A stretch of DNA of 64,000 nucleotides from Selaginella moellendorffii (GCF_000143415.4 NW_003314288.1:84002-148001), one strand, 5' to 3'; counted from the first letter of the stretch, positions 12,298 through 25,589 are shown. Notes: generated from the sequence alone by a model not told the origin. A program made the numbers and translations.

Positions 12298-13029
12298 ATT
12301 TCTTCCATTCCTCTCACTTCTATATATCTTTATCCTTTTGCTTCTACTTTTACTTCCATCACTTTTGTTTCCCATTACTTCCTCTTAAATTTCTATCTTG
12401 TTTCTCTCTTTCCTTTTCTGATCCCTTTAATGGTTTTTATGTTGTAACAGTTGACCAACTCATGAAAGAGTATGTAGATCTCTTTGAATTTAACCTATCA
12501 TCTGGAGCCAAGATTATAACACATCATTTTATTCCAACTAGGGATGCTTGTCTAATCAAGGTTTTTATTCATCTTCATTTATCCAAAGAGATCAAGATTT
12601 TATATACAAACATCAAAGAGATGTTGAAAAATGGAGTTATTCAAAAGTCACGCAATCCTTAGGCATATAAACCTCACGTGACAAAGTCTAATGGGAGTAT
12701 TGATTTTTACATTGATTATTGTCCATTAAACAAAATGTGTACCCTTTTCCTCACACTATTGATCTCTTGGATCATCTAAGGCACAATTTAATCTATGCAG
12801 CAAAAGGGGCTCATATTTATAATTCAAGGTAACTATAGAGTTGTGTTAGGACTTTATAGTCAAGTTTCGTGTTTGGGAATTTCTTCTTTTTTCCAGCATT
12901 ATAGAAAAAATAAATAAATTCCCAAACACGGAACTCAAAGAGATAAAGACTAACTGATGCCATCCCTATAAGCCCCTCCTACCTCAGTATATAACAAGCT
13001 TACTAGCAGCAAAAAGGTTGTTGTTTTAG

Positions 13030-13113
13030 ATGCTCATCATGTTTGTAATGCTTGCCATAGGCATGGACGTAGGAGGAATCTCACCTAGAGGATGGCGCTG
13101 GTATGGATCGTAA
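13030..13113 (+). pseudogene. Remnant of Trp/Cys-rich peptide gene family
   Basis: Translates MLIMFVMLAIGMDVGGISPRGWRWYGS*. Upstream 12895-12935 resembles the promoter region at 15938-15975. Confidence 0.65.
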
Positions 13114-13399
13114 GTTTCCTCTTGGGGATTATCTAGCAATTTTGAATGTATAAATATGAAGAACAAGTTGAGGGAACACACTCACCATTTCCTTTTTACA
13201 GCAAAAATCCAATATGAAATGCCACCTTTGGAAACACTTATTCGCCATTGATAAATCAAAGCTCTATTTTGTCAGTAGAAAGAGTTTACTGTATCCTAGG
13301 AAAATGCTGGTAAAAGCAAACGAAACGATCGATGAGAGGAATCACTACCACGCAGATATACCAATTGATGTTAATTATGCCCACGTGGCAGTACTTTCC

Positions 13400-14178
13400 A
13401 TACATGTACCATTCTTAATGGGTTGTGGCTCACCCATTAACTTGATCCAACCGTTGGCAGCTGTCGGATCGAGTCAGGTTCTCTACGAGAACGTGGCTGA
13501 CAATTGCCAAGTTCTCCAAAACCTAGCTGTCAGCTGTCAGATTCTGGAGAACCAGGCTACCAGCTGCCAATTCTGGAGAACCCTCTCATCCTTGAATAAC
13601 ATTCTTTCACATGTTCGTTAACGGTCTCGCCACAGCCCGTTAAGGCCGTTCCCGGGCACGGCCTTGCTCGTTCCCTCCAGAACGCACTTGCTGGGCTAAC
13701 ACCCAGCTTGCCCGTTCTGGGCAGGAACGTGCTCGCCCTACCCAGGAACTGCCTCATATATAGTTGAAATACATAGAAAGTTCTTCCGTGTCTCTTCACA
13801 GGCTGTGGCTCACCCGTTAACTTGATCTAGCCGTTGGCAGCCGTCGGATCGAGTCAAGTTCTCTACGAGAATTTTACTGTTGTCAGCCACATTCTGGAGA
13901 ACGTGGCTGACAGCTACCAGGTTCTGGAGAACGTGGCTGATAGCTACCAAGTTCTAGAGAATGTGGCTGACAGCTACCATGTTCTGGAGAACCCAACTGC
14001 CAGCCGCCAGGTTCTAGAGAACCCTCTCCTCCTCCAATAACGTTATTCCATGTGTCCATTAACAGTCTTGCCACAGCCCATTAAGGCCGTTCCCGGGCAT
14101 AGCCTCGCTCGTTCCCTCCAGAACGCGCTCGCCGGGCTAACGCCCGGCTCGCCCGTTCTGGGCGGGAACATGCTCACC
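13400..14178. repeat. Direct dimer of ~370-400 bp, each with an internal 30-bp minisatellite
   Basis: TGTGGCTCACCC.TTAACTTGATC at ~13424 and ~13804. Unit GTTCTGGAGAACGTGGCTGACAGCTACCA(G) repeated. Confidence 0.85.
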
Positions 14179-14399
14179 CTACCCGGGAACTGCCTCTTCG
14201 CTGCTAACAATTGAAGCCTCTAGAACAGGCCGTGGACGATCTAGAGCAGCGTGCATTGTCTCTCAACGACGACTACGTGCAACTCCTTGCATAGAAAAGA
14301 GATTTGCGTCATGGCGCCAGGCTCCACACGCTCATCCTTCACCACCAATCCAACAGGTACCTCGCAAATCTTCTCATCCAGCTCTAAGGAAGGTGCGAG

Positions 14400-15557
14400 C
14401 GCGGGGATCGAGCAAGGCAGGTGTTTATCAGCCATCCATGAGCCTAACAGATTCTCCTGGAACTTGATGCTTGGCGCTTATGCCCAAAATGCGGATCTTG
14501 AGGAAGCAAAAGAGCTGTTTGCCACAAAGAGATATTGTTGCATGGGTCTCTATTCTCACAGCTCATGAAAACCGTGGAAACTTGGAGGAGTGCCAAACAT
14601 TGTTTGATCAGGTTCTAGAATGGGATGTAGTTTGCTGGAACTCGCTACTTCCAGCATATGCCCATAACGGGCATATGGATCAAGCAAGCCAGATCTTTGA
14701 TGGAATGCTTAGTTTCTTGGACTGTTATGTATAATGGGTATTCCAGAAAAGGTTTGTTAACGACGCGCTAAATTTGTTCATGAGAATCCCCGAAACCAAC
14801 GAGCTCGGATGAACTGTTCTTGTCACCGCATATGCCCAGATTGGGCATATTGAAAAAGCCAAGGAGGTTTTCAGTAAAATGCACACCGCGACTTAAGCTC
14901 GTGGAACGCAATGCTAGCAGCAACGTCCAGTTTGAAAGAAGCAAGGTCTCTGTTTGATGGCATGCCACAGAGGAACGTTGCATCGTGGTCGACAATGATC
15001 ACCGCACTGGCCGAGAGAAACCAGCTCCAAGAAGCTCGCATTCTCTCCATCGAGCTCCTTATCACGATGACGTGGTGTGGACTGCCATGATCTTGGCCTA
15101 CTCCAACCACGGCCACCTCGAAGAAGCCAGGAAGATGTTTGCACGGATGCCACAACACGTGATGTTTTCTGGCAGCATGGCAATGGAGGGCGAGGCGAGA
15201 AACGAGATAAGTTTCCAGGGGATTTTCCTGACTTGCAATCACGGTGGGAAGCTCCGTGTGGCACTCGACTACTTTCGATCTATGGTGGCGGAGTACAGTA
15301 TTTCTCCAAATGTGATTCACTTCCAGGCGATGGCAGATGTGCTGGGACGAGCCGGGCTGGTTGCCAAGGCCGAAGGTCTGCTGCTGGTGATGCCCTTCCA
15401 GCCGCATTTCCTCGCGTGGAAGAGCTTGATCAGCGCTTGCAAAGTTCATGGTAACGGCAAGAACATCAATGTTGCAGCTCGTGCCGCAGAGAAACTCTTG
15501 GAGATGAAACCAGGGGACTCTGGCGCTTTACGTGCTCATGTCAGCTGCGTCACATGA
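14400..15557 (+). pseudogene. Frameshifted PLS-class PPR gene with E-like domain
   Basis: FSWNLMLGAYAQN, DVVCWNSLL, VWTAMILAYS and MPFQPHFLAWKSLISACKVH lie in different frames. Confidence 0.85.
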
Positions 15558-16161
15558 GTCAACAAGTACAACATTTAATTAATAGAATAACAGAAAATAA
15601 TTATAAGTAAATTAAATAAGAAAAACAAATCTAATGAATAAAATCTTGATAATTATTGATATCACTTCCATTAATTGGTGCAGATTGCTCTAGAATGCCC
15701 AAGAGATTGTCAAGAGCCTGCCAGTGAGAAAAGACAAACCACTTTGATTAATGTTGCGGGTGACTGGAAGCGGCCGTACTGAGTCTGTGGTCGAAACGGA
15801 AGCCAAGGTATTACGTTCATGTTTATATTAGCATGGAAGTTCTATGGAACTTTGAATCAAACTCTTGTAAAGTTTTGGCAAAGCTAGAAGAGGAATGCTA
15901 GAGTGACTTTGAAGATAAGGATTTGAAGGATTGGAGAAGCATTATAGGAAAAAGAAGAATTGGCAAACACGGAACCACTTTTACTGGACTAACTTTCAAA
16001 TATTCTTCCAGAGATAAGAAATAAGCGAAGCCATCCCAAGACAACTCCCCAGCCACCATCTAAATTATGCTGCCTCGAGCTATAAATACGAGCCCCTCCT
16101 GCCTCACAGATCAAACCATTTCTCTCTAATATACAATCCTACTTAGTCTGAGCAGCAAATC

Positions 16162-16359
16162 ATGGAGAACAAGGCTTTCTTGGTGATATTTTTGGCGCTT
16201 GCCATGTTTGTGATGGTGCTGGCCATGGGCGTGGACGTGGGAGGAATCGCAAAGGCTGCTGCCCAGCGCTGCCAGTCGGGGTGGTATTGGTATGACAACA
16301 GTTGCCACCGTTGCCAGAGGGGTTGGGTCTGGTGCAACAATCGCTGCTGGCACAACTGA
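16162..16359 (+). CDS. Secreted Trp/Cys-rich peptide (65 aa, 2 modules)
   Basis: Signal peptide + GVDVGGIAKAAAQR-CQSGWYWYDNSCHR-CQRGWVWCNNRCWHN. TATA box CTATAAATA at ~16080. Confidence 0.85.
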   Translation: MENKAFLVIFLALAMFVMVLAMGVDVGGIAKAAAQRCQSGWYWYDNSCHRCQRGWVWCNNRCWHN

Positions 16360-16821
16360 AACCTCCCGTTTCAAGGGGTAAACCCCAGCATCGTTCCTCT
16401 GAATTCATCATTCTGCAGTGCCAGGGTCTGGAAAGAAGAATAGTTTTCTGTATGGCATTGCATGGGATCCAACAATAATATATAAACTGTCCAGGCCTTG
16501 ATAAAAAATGTCTGTTCTCTCTATTTCTCATCTGGATTCACAGTTTCATTTCAAGAGTTTACTTCATTTTGACTCCAGGCCTGCCGACTGAGTTTTTCTT
16601 GCGTGGCAGTTTTACTTCCTTCTTCGTGTTGCAAACTTCGTCTATGCCCCACCCAGCATTATAGAAAAGAGAAGGAATTGACAAACACGGAACAACTAAC
16701 TTTTAAATATTCTAGATGCCTTCCCAAGAGCATTCTAGCGTCTTGAGCTATAAATATGATGGGCATCACCACCTCTCTCCAGTATACTAGAGATTGTTTC
16801 TCTTAGTTTTTGCAGCAAGTC

Positions 16822-16930
16822 ATGAAGGACATGGGGCCATGGTTTGTTGTGATGATGCTGGCCATGGGAGTGGATGTGGGGAGAAATCGCAACGGTATGG
16901 CTGATGCCCTCGATAATGGCGCTGATATGT
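16822..16930 (+). pseudogene. Decayed peptide-family copy
   Basis: GTGATGATGCTGGCCATGGGAGTGGATGTGGGG followed by a frameshift. Promoter duplicated from 15938-16090 at 16655-16760. Confidence 0.6.
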
Positions 16931-16999
16931 CATAACCAGAGAGCTATAAGCTCCTCTGTGTGGTGGTTTCGGAGATCTTTTGCAAATTTTTGGCTATAA

Positions 17000-17900
17000 C
17001 TCACAGTGTGGTCTCGAGTTGCATGACCGAAATGAAAGATAATGAATAAGAACGATTCAGGGATTGCTAGTGTATTCTAAATATGAAGAAGGGTTTAGAA
17101 AAACATAGTGTGGATAAGTACTAACCCAAACAATTCCATTCAAATTGGTGAAATGACCACCTTTTTACAGAGGCAAATGCAGACTCAAGACATATAGATG
17201 ATGCAAGAAGGATTTTAGAGGAGATCAACTTCAACGATCTGGTGTCATGAGTGAATGATTGTGGGCATTGCCAAGTCTCTCATATAATTCCCCTCAATGG
17301 AAAGAAGATATTGTCAAAGAGCGAACTAAATCCAAGGAACTCAAAGTGGCTTCATAAGTTGTGGCGCTCAGCATTTTCCTTAAGGCATCGGCATAAATTG
17401 TCACAGAGGGTGGTGGGATATGCACATGGTGATGACTCTCCAAGATGAGAGCTGAAAAAGACTGATCATCTCATCTCCAGGGAATATCCCAATATATCCT
17501 CACTTGGCACCTATACACACTAGGGGAGCTCGTCCTCGAGCTCTGAAGGCAGTCTTGGGGTGTTTACAGCTCAAATCATCTCTATCTGCAACAATGTTGT
17601 GAAAGAAGGGCTTTGGTAGTGGCTCAAAGCTAGTTTCCTGGTCATAAGGTAATTTGGTTCGAGACACGAAGAAGCTGCTCCAGCTCACTCTTCTCCTTGG
17701 CTTTTTGTGGGAGCAGTATGCTACTCCATCTACTAATAAGAAGAGGTACTTCATTGCTGCAGAATGTTGGAAATGTTTTGATGTGAAAAAACGCATGGAT
17801 CCTTTTGTTGGCTGCTCAAGCTCTGTTTGAGACTTTCCAGGACAGGAGGCACACATATCCGCATGGTGAAGAAAAATTGATGTCAAAACGTTTGAAGCTA
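17000..17900 (+). pseudogene. Highly degenerate PPR remnants
   Basis: Fragments such as IDDARRILEEINFNDLVS and MLAAQALFE, with many stops. Confidence 0.4.
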
Positions 17901-18639
17901 GAAAGAAAAGGAAAATGTAAGAACCGAATGATTAAAAAACCTCTATATGTATGTTGCTGCTCTAGATACTCCTTAAATGTAGTTGTGTTGAAGATGAACC
18001 TCGTTGAAGGAAAGGCAAGATGTGGCCATTGCTTGAACGTAAAAAGAATTTGCGTTAGTGATGCTTTTCACTTGAATTGGTCTGCTCCAAGCTGGTGTTA
18101 GCTTTGGTTGGTGAGAGTTTCTGACATCATAAAGCCAGACAAGACCCTAGCTGAGCCATGTGCCTTCCCAAGTGACGGCAAGTCTCCACATCAGCAAACA
18201 AGCCGAGTCATCCATCCGCCAAGTTCACACCCATACCATTATGTACATAACTATAGCAAAGCAATGAAGTTGAGAGAGCACTCCATATACAAAAATCCAG
18301 ACATATGGTATCAAGTTTGTTTTGATCCTGATGGTGAAACACTGGTAAACATAGCAATGCAATGAGAAAGAACGTGCTAGGGCTCTTGCAATCCTTGCTA
18401 GGGTGGAGCAGTAAATCCAAGAATGCAAGTGAGCACAATGTGAACCCAATCCTTGCCTTTGCCCTCATTATCACTCTGTGTGTAAGCATCCCTTCTAGAG
18501 ATTCCCACCACCTCCTCTTCCTCACTTTCCTTAGCCGTTTTCTCTAGAAACTAATGGCTTGGCTTCTAGTACTCCACTTTCTCAAACCACCCCAGCGGTC
18601 ACTTTGGCTGGCAGCTTGGATGCAGGATGGGAGAAGCTG

Positions 18640-19030
18640 CTCTAGAAGTTCAGAAGTGAAAACTTCACAATATTGAAGACTCAAGTCTAGTTAATTTTGA
18701 TGGCTAAAGATTGCTGGGACTTGGTCGAGGGAATTGAAGTGAGACCTCTTGACACTTGACCTTGACTTTAAGAACTTGAAAGCAAATTTGTTCTCGCCCA
18801 AAAGTGTTTCTTTTTACACATGCAACCTAATGAGACAATGGCAACATACATCAAGAAGCTCAAGGGCATTATGCAACAGTTCAAGCAAGTGGGTAAAGCA
18901 ATCTCAAATGACTATGCAAAAGCTTTCTTGCTTCACTTTGTCTCCCTAGAGTTGTAACAATCATCCTTCATGCTCTCATTTATCTTAGCTCTACTCTAAT
19001 CTTCTAGAGGAAGAGCACAAGATTGCTGAG
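18640..19030 (+). mobile_element. Ty1/copia gag-like remnant
   Basis: KDCWDLVEGIEVRP resembles copia gag N-terminus; degenerate. Confidence 0.35.
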
Positions 19031-20955
19031 TGTAAAGTTGGCAATTTAGGATTTCCTTAGATTGTGCATGAGTAAGCATTATTTCTTGCCAAGTAATTGT
19101 CAAATGGGGAGTCTGGGTGATGTTATAGAAGAGCTACGAGGCCCACAGAAAGTGCCTCATTTCTTCTTGTTAGCAACTTTGGTTGCAAGAGAATCCCAAT
19201 TTTCCTTGGTTAATTTTTCCAGATCAAAAAGATGCTGAGAGTATCCTAGGTTCATTTGGCTTTTTTTGGCTGTTCTTTTTTGCTGGATACGTTGATTGTA
19301 TCTCCTTCTGCATCTTGAGACTCTCTACATACATCCTCTTCCTACTATTTTATACACATACCTTCATTATTTAAGATCTTCTAGCTTCAGGGACAAAGTG
19401 AATATGATAAACCTCCTTGAGAGGTCCATTTGGAAGCTTGATCACCACCATGCCACAGCCTTCCACCTGCAGTGTTTATTTGTTGTTGTGGAGCCTTAGG
19501 TGTGAAACACAAATTTCAAGAGAGTCATATGAAATTAAGCACCACTATCCAACCATAACACCTCTAGAGTAGGCACCAATGACAAGTATTATCAACAACA
19601 AGTTGTTTTGAGTAAGTATATGCTGAGTGGCAGCCTTTTATGCACGGCATTCATACTCCACATGTCCCATCGTTTATAATAATTGCAAAGACCCTTTTTC
19701 TTCTTAGAGAAATTATTTTTAGAGGAAGTCAATAAGTGATGAGGATTGAAGAAGAATAAGTCCAAGGAGAAGTAGAAGTTGACACAAGGAGAAGTAAAAG
19801 TTGGCACAAGGGAAAATTGGCTTTATATCTATCAGTTGGAGTAGAATCTATGAGTTGAGTAACATATTAATGTCTAGAAAATGTTAAAAGTAAATGCAAA
19901 GAGTAGAGATTCATTAGGATATTCCTTTGCAATTTGGGCATACAAGTCTTTATTATGGAGATTTCATTGGAAGCATGGGACCTCACCTCTTTCTTATAGT
20001 CATTAAAAGTGTTCAAAAGTGTCCTTGGAGTGTTCCTTAAGAGAGAAATGTGATCTTGAGTGTTTGAGCATATGAGAGCTCAGATTGTAATGAGGATTGG
20101 AGAGATCTCAACATGGTTGGCTGTGGAAACACAACATACTTGTGCCACACGATGCCTCACGGTCATGTTCCTAGATAGGATTTCTAGTGGAATTGGGAGA
20201 AGGCTGGCTGCAAGCCCAATTTGTTCTTTCTGGCTTAAGAGTAGCACTTAGCTATTACAGTTTAAGGTCATGCACACTACATGATAGATCTGGCACTAGT
20301 TTTGTGCTAGCTAATGCAAGGGAGGGGGATGACAAGGCACTGGCTAGGCATCGTGGTAATGGTAGCAGTGCACAGCTTGCAAAAGGGATGCTGCTGTGAA
20401 ATCTTTTTGTGACTTGAATTCTGATATTTCAGCCTATAGATCCAGGGCTTATGGCAGTTTTCTTCTCCACTTGAGCTTTTCGCCATTTCTTTTACTTTCC
20501 TGCAATTTGTTGCAGTGAGTTTCATACCTTCCTATTAGACAACAAGTCTCATACACAGTCACAAGAGAGCTTGACTGTTCTTTCTCTTTCTTGTTACTAT
20601 TCAGAATTTGAGCTGTGACAATTTTGTAAAAGTGTCCATGCTTATGCATACAGAAATCTAGCTCTCATATTTCAAAGAATCAGCCTAGCTTTGCAAACCC
20701 CAAGTAGTGACAATAGAGTTTACTAGACAATATAGATCTGTTTATAAATTTTTGTGTACTCACAAGTGGAATAAGTGGTACACATTTGCATGGAAGTAAT
20801 ATCCAAGAAATAAACTTAGGAGAGATGTTGAGCTTGTAAAGCTTGAGAATCATTGTCTCCTTAGCAGTAATTTTTTTATAAACACAAAATTACTAAATAA
20901 ACATTAAAAGTATATAGTTTATTATTATCAGAAATTAGACTTCAGTTTTGAGACT

Positions 20956-21324
20956 TTAGTTTGAGACGTAGTTAGGATGCCCAGAGTCTCTGCAATTTCC
21001 AGAATAGTTGAGGGTAGCCTGGCACTTACAAAATACATGACTCCCACATTTTTCACTAGGCTGATTATTATAAACGTGTAGGAATTGTTGCTTGAGAGTT
21101 ACACCACTCACGGAAGGATAGGCTCCACTACAAGTAAAGATGGCACCAGAAACGAGAGAAGTATAAATAGTTCCATCGGTGTAACTTGATATTGCAGTTC
21201 GGCAATCAACACGAGAACCACAATAAAAAGAGCCATCACAATTATCACTAGCACAACTTGAGAAGCCAACGAAAACCACAAGAAGAAATGCAACAAGTGA
21301 GAACAGCTTGACAGACTTTCTTAT
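20956..21324 (-). pseudogene. Secreted Cys-rich KP4-killer-toxin-like ORF lacking ATG (ATA at 21322-21324)
   Basis: In-frame IRKSVKLFSLVAFLLVVFVGFSSCA signal, then DNCDGSFYC...KCGSH..CQATLNYSGNC. Confidence 0.55.
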
Positions 21325-21508
21325 AAAAAGATTAGTGTGATGAGAGAATGGAATTCAGAACACATCATCCTCGCGGACCGAGAACCTCTGCAGGTTCCAG
21401 TTGAAGTTGTATGCTACCAAATCCTCCAGGGTTATCAACATATGGGAAGAGTGTGATCCAACGGGTGAGATTGGCCATCAAACGTGGAATCTTTCAGGCA
21501 CCAAGCGT

Positions 21509-24018
21509 TTACTTGAGCAGCCGCAAAACATCGCCAACCAAATACAAAGAACCAGTGACCAAAACCTGAGAGAGAAACAACCGCTTACACCATAAAGAGT
21601 TTTAACCAAGTACCTGGAGATGAAGATTTGGATGGCGAGCGGAGCAAAAGCGCAGCCAATCAATGGCTGCTGGTAGCGATGGCATCACTGCACTGGAAAC
21701 TCCAAAATGGCATGAGCTATAGCCGTTTTCCAGGCCGGAAAGAAACTCTCGACGATAGTCTCCGGCTTTCGAATCTGCAAGATAACTCGCAAGCACTTCC
21801 AGTTGGAAAACTAGCTCGATATTTTACCTTTCTCCTTGAAGGACTCCCAGTGCTGCTGTAACACCTTTTGCCACGAGAGATCTGGATCAACGGGAGAATC
21901 GTGAGTGTTGTCAATTGACGTGTAGCTCGAGTACGGGGGTACGAATATCGCCAGCTCGAGTGAAATATCTACAAACAAGAAACATGAACTTTCAGCCAGA
22001 GAGCTTTGCTTCATCAAGTCGAAAAACCTTGTTGTTTGCAGATATCTAGCAAGGGTGGGAATAGAAGGTTGGGATCGCGCTTGGGCATGCAATTGAAGAG
22101 TAAGATCTACACAGACAAATAACACTGATATCGTTAGCCAACTCAACAAAATTCACCTGTCTAGAGTTCGAAGTTGGTGTGTTAAACTGCTTAATATCGA
22201 ATGCCGATATTTCTTCATTCTCTTTGTGGATGTTGTCGGCTCTAGCAGCGGAAGAAAACCACTTAGCACAGGCTTCCATACTTTCTGGGCTATGAGCCCC
22301 GTCCAGGTAGAAGCTTAGCTTCTTCTCACGGACAATCTCTGCTCTTCCTGCCCACCGCACTTCAACGAGCCCCTTAATGTATGAATCAGGTAAACGACCT
22401 TGCTCAAGAGCCTTCGCAACGAGAAAAGGAGGCTGGACTCTCAAGTAGAAGAGAACAATTAAACGCTTACCTCGTTCAGGATTGCTTTATGCTCTTGGTG
22501 ATCGGTTCTCTCCGCCCAGCCTCTGCAAAGCGCCACGGCAAGTGCAGCGTTGGTCCGTTGATGCTCTCCTTGCAGTCCAAGCTTTAAGTCTCCCAGATTA
22601 TAAGTTTCCAGAGGAGCAGCAGTTTCTAAAGGTATCTGCTCACAACGAATGCGTCAGTTCGGCCTAGATTTACACAAAAACAATGCCTACATTTAGCTCC
22701 AAAGCACGCTTCTTCAGAGCCTCCAATGCTTCAGCTGGCTGTGGCACTGTAACAGCTGGTACGCCTGCCTTCAACCGGTGCCAAGACGTCAGAAGAATAG
22801 ATAAATCTAGATACCAGTACCTTGAAAATCCCAGCCTTCTCCGTTGCAATTTCCGCGAGTGTGTTTCCTACAAACGAGCACGTCAGCAAGCGAACACGAT
22901 GATTTTAAAAAAAGGAAACCAAGAATCTCCATATGGTCGTAGCCGAGTGATGCTACTCCACAGATGGCTGGATTTCGAACCTGAGAAACAAAAGGACAAG
23001 TCAACTTCATCGGCAGCTTAGCTGCTTACCACATTGGTTGCATCACAGCGACCTCCTAAACCGACTTCCAAGATAGCAACGTCAACCTGTTGGTCACGAG
23101 TTAAGCCGTAAAGCAATATTAAAAAACATAGTCTAGTTTTCTCACATCCTCCGACGTAAACATCTTGAATGCCAAAATTGTGAGGAACCGAAAGAGACGT
23201 GGCATAGGGAGCCCCTGCTCGGCCTCATTTGCCTGCATTTGCCTATGAATTACAAAGAAAAAAGAACAAACCAGGTTAACCCACCTGGAGATGATCCCAA
23301 CACCACCAAAAATACTGGTTAAAAGTCTCCTCGGAGACCTCCTCCCTGGTTTAAACGAGCACTGTAAACTTGATAATGCCACCACAACACTTACCCGTTC
23401 AATCTAAATCGTTCTCTAATGTCTAGCAAATGAGGCGAGGTGAAAAGAGCAGTCCGGAAACCAGAAGCTCGCAAAATTCTCTCCACAAATGCACAAGTAG
23501 AACCCTGTCACAGACTAAGGCTCGTCAAAAAAGAAAGAAACTGGTTTTAAGTACCTTTCCCTTGGTTCCAGCCACATGAATTACGCTTAATTTCGATACT
23601 GGCTCCTCCAACCCGAGCAGCTGAAGGAGGAAAAAAAAAAAAGCTCGAGAAGAAACCAAAAACCGAAGAAAAAATGGTACCTTTAGATGGTCAGCAACGA
23701 GCTGGAAATGGTTCTCCCATCGGCTGCTATCGTGGGTGCTTGGCGAACGATCCAAATCCACCACTGCTCCCCCTCCTCCACGCTTCTTGGTGATTAGACC
23801 ATTGAGAATTTCGATAGCGTCCCGGAAGCTACGACGATGCGCCATCGCCAAGGACTGCGCACAACCCTACAGCAGGAGAGCACGACGACAAGCGAGTACT
23901 TTGACGCGCCAGGCTAGATAGCACTCGCTTTCACTCCACTCACCTGGGCGCCGGATCTGCGATCGTGTCCGCTCATCGCCGGGAGGATTCTCGAGTGGAA
24001 TGATTGAGCGAAGCGCAT
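21509..24018 (-). CDS. FPGS: Folylpolyglutamate synthase (multi-exon)
   Basis: [28 protein letters not shown] and C-terminal [19 protein letters not shown] probable first exon from ATG 24018 splices in frame (start uncertain; 23976 or 23845 are alternatives). Confidence 0.92.
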
Positions 24019-24417
24019 TTGAAATCACCGCCCTCTCCTAGGGTTGCCGGCAGCATTAGCCGATCGAGCTCCCGGGACCTGCATTCCACGGGAATCAATC
24101 GCTGGCGCTCGATCCGGCGCATCCAGCTCGCCGCGCCGCGCCGCGCGGATTCCCAGTGGCGCTCCTCGACGAGCATCATCGAAAAACCCTGGAAATATTT
24201 ACCAAGATATCGTCTACGTCTTTAGAGCGCGAAGGATAAAACAAAGGTAAATTTCTTAAAGAGCAAATAGACAAAAGATATCAAACTCTGCCAAACAACC
24301 TTGGCATTATTTACTTCGACACACAGTAAAAAAACGAAATCCAGTCACACAAACAAAGAACAAAGCACACACCATATAATCTCTTTTTACCATGTGGAGT
24401 AATGGTAAATTTCTTCC

Positions 24418-24789
24418 TCAGTTCTTGGAGCAGCCAGTACCAGTCCAGCTCCGCCCCAATGGGCACCGGTTGCAACTGTTGTTGTACCAGTACCAACCGG
24501 ACTGGCACTGGTTGCACTTGCCATTGTACCAGTACCACCCGGACAGGCACTGGTTGCACTTGCCATTGTACCAGTACCACCCGGACAGGCACTGGTTACA
24601 CTTGCTATTGTACCAGTACCACCCAGTCGGGCATTGGATGCACCTGCCACCGGACCAGTGCCAACCGGACCGACAGCTTTGTGCCTGGGCCTTTGCGATG
24701 CCATTGCCAATGTCCACGCCGATTAAGAGGAGCATGACTACCACTCCAATGAAGGCCACGCGAGAAGAGTAGCTCGCCACCATTGCCAT
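24418..24789 (-). CDS. Secreted Trp/Cys-rich peptide, 6-module variant (123 aa, 12 Cys)
   Basis: MAMVASYSSRVAFIGVVVMLLLIGVDIGNGIAKAQAQS + six C-x2-GW/R-x-W-x4-C modules. Perfect 42-nt repeats at ~24504-24597. Confidence 0.85.
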   Translation of the reverse strand: MAMVASYSSRVAFIGVVVMLLLIGVDIGNGIAKAQAQSCRSGWHWSGGRCIQCPTGWYWYNSKCNQCLSGWYWYNGKCNQCLSGWYWYNGKCNQCQSGWYWYNNSCNRCPLGRSWTGTGCSKN

Positions 24790-25589
24790 TAGCGAAGAAT
24801 TCTTCTTGATTGAGTTGAGTGAGATGAGAAAGATTTTGGAGAGAAGTTTGCTGTGAGAAGCTTTGATTTCTGGGATGGATGATGCCAATGAAGGCCGAGG
24901 AGGCATTTATAGTGCCGAGAAGTATGAAGAGATTACATGTAGAGTCAATTATAATAGACTTGTGGCCATGGTGTATACATGGTATATACAGGGGGTTTTT
25001 TGTACAGACTCTTGTTACTGTTTGAGCGGCTCTTGACTTGGACCAATGGAAAGAAGAAATATTGATAAGAATATGGCTAGCCGTGTTCTTCTGTTCTCTC
25101 TGTGGATGAATCATGTAATTTTTAGTAATTTTGTGTTTGTTCCAACACAACTTGGCCTGATCTCTGGTACAACATGCGTTCGTGTCCACTATAGTATACA
25201 TTACTTTTAGACTCTCTCGAAATTATTGCTTCTTCTTGGCTTGATCGGGTTGGGTTTTGGAGCTTGCAGACCAGGCAATTCCTATCTTATCCGAACACCA
25301 GCGCCGGCCAAACACCGCCAAAAAACTAAAAGACTGGTATAGATCTACGACAACAATTGATGCTGTAAATTGATTTTTGTGTTTACGGCATCAGTTGTTC
25401 TTGCTGTTCCGTTTGCTACGTAACAACACCAACATGAAATAAGGAGCGAAAGAACTGCCATCCAGGAAAAGCTCAGTGCCTGGAGACAAGAATCTAAGTA
25501 AACTCTCGAGATGAATTAAATAGTTTAATAACAACATTTTTACATCGCATCAAATCTTTTTATTCTTGGTGTGTTTGGGCTTAAAGACC

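Larger units (their letters stand above)
10700..12800 (+). mobile_element. Highly degenerate gypsy gag-pol remnant with nested LTRs; boundaries approximate
   Basis: Protease-like DLIIGMD*L near 12013-12040. RT N-terminus IKEMLKNGVIQKSRNP near 12610-12660. Confidence 0.6.

Noticed and set aside
13880-14025. 30-bp repeats as a CRISPR array
   Set aside because: Contiguous tandem units without unique spacers; eukaryotic context; no cas genes.
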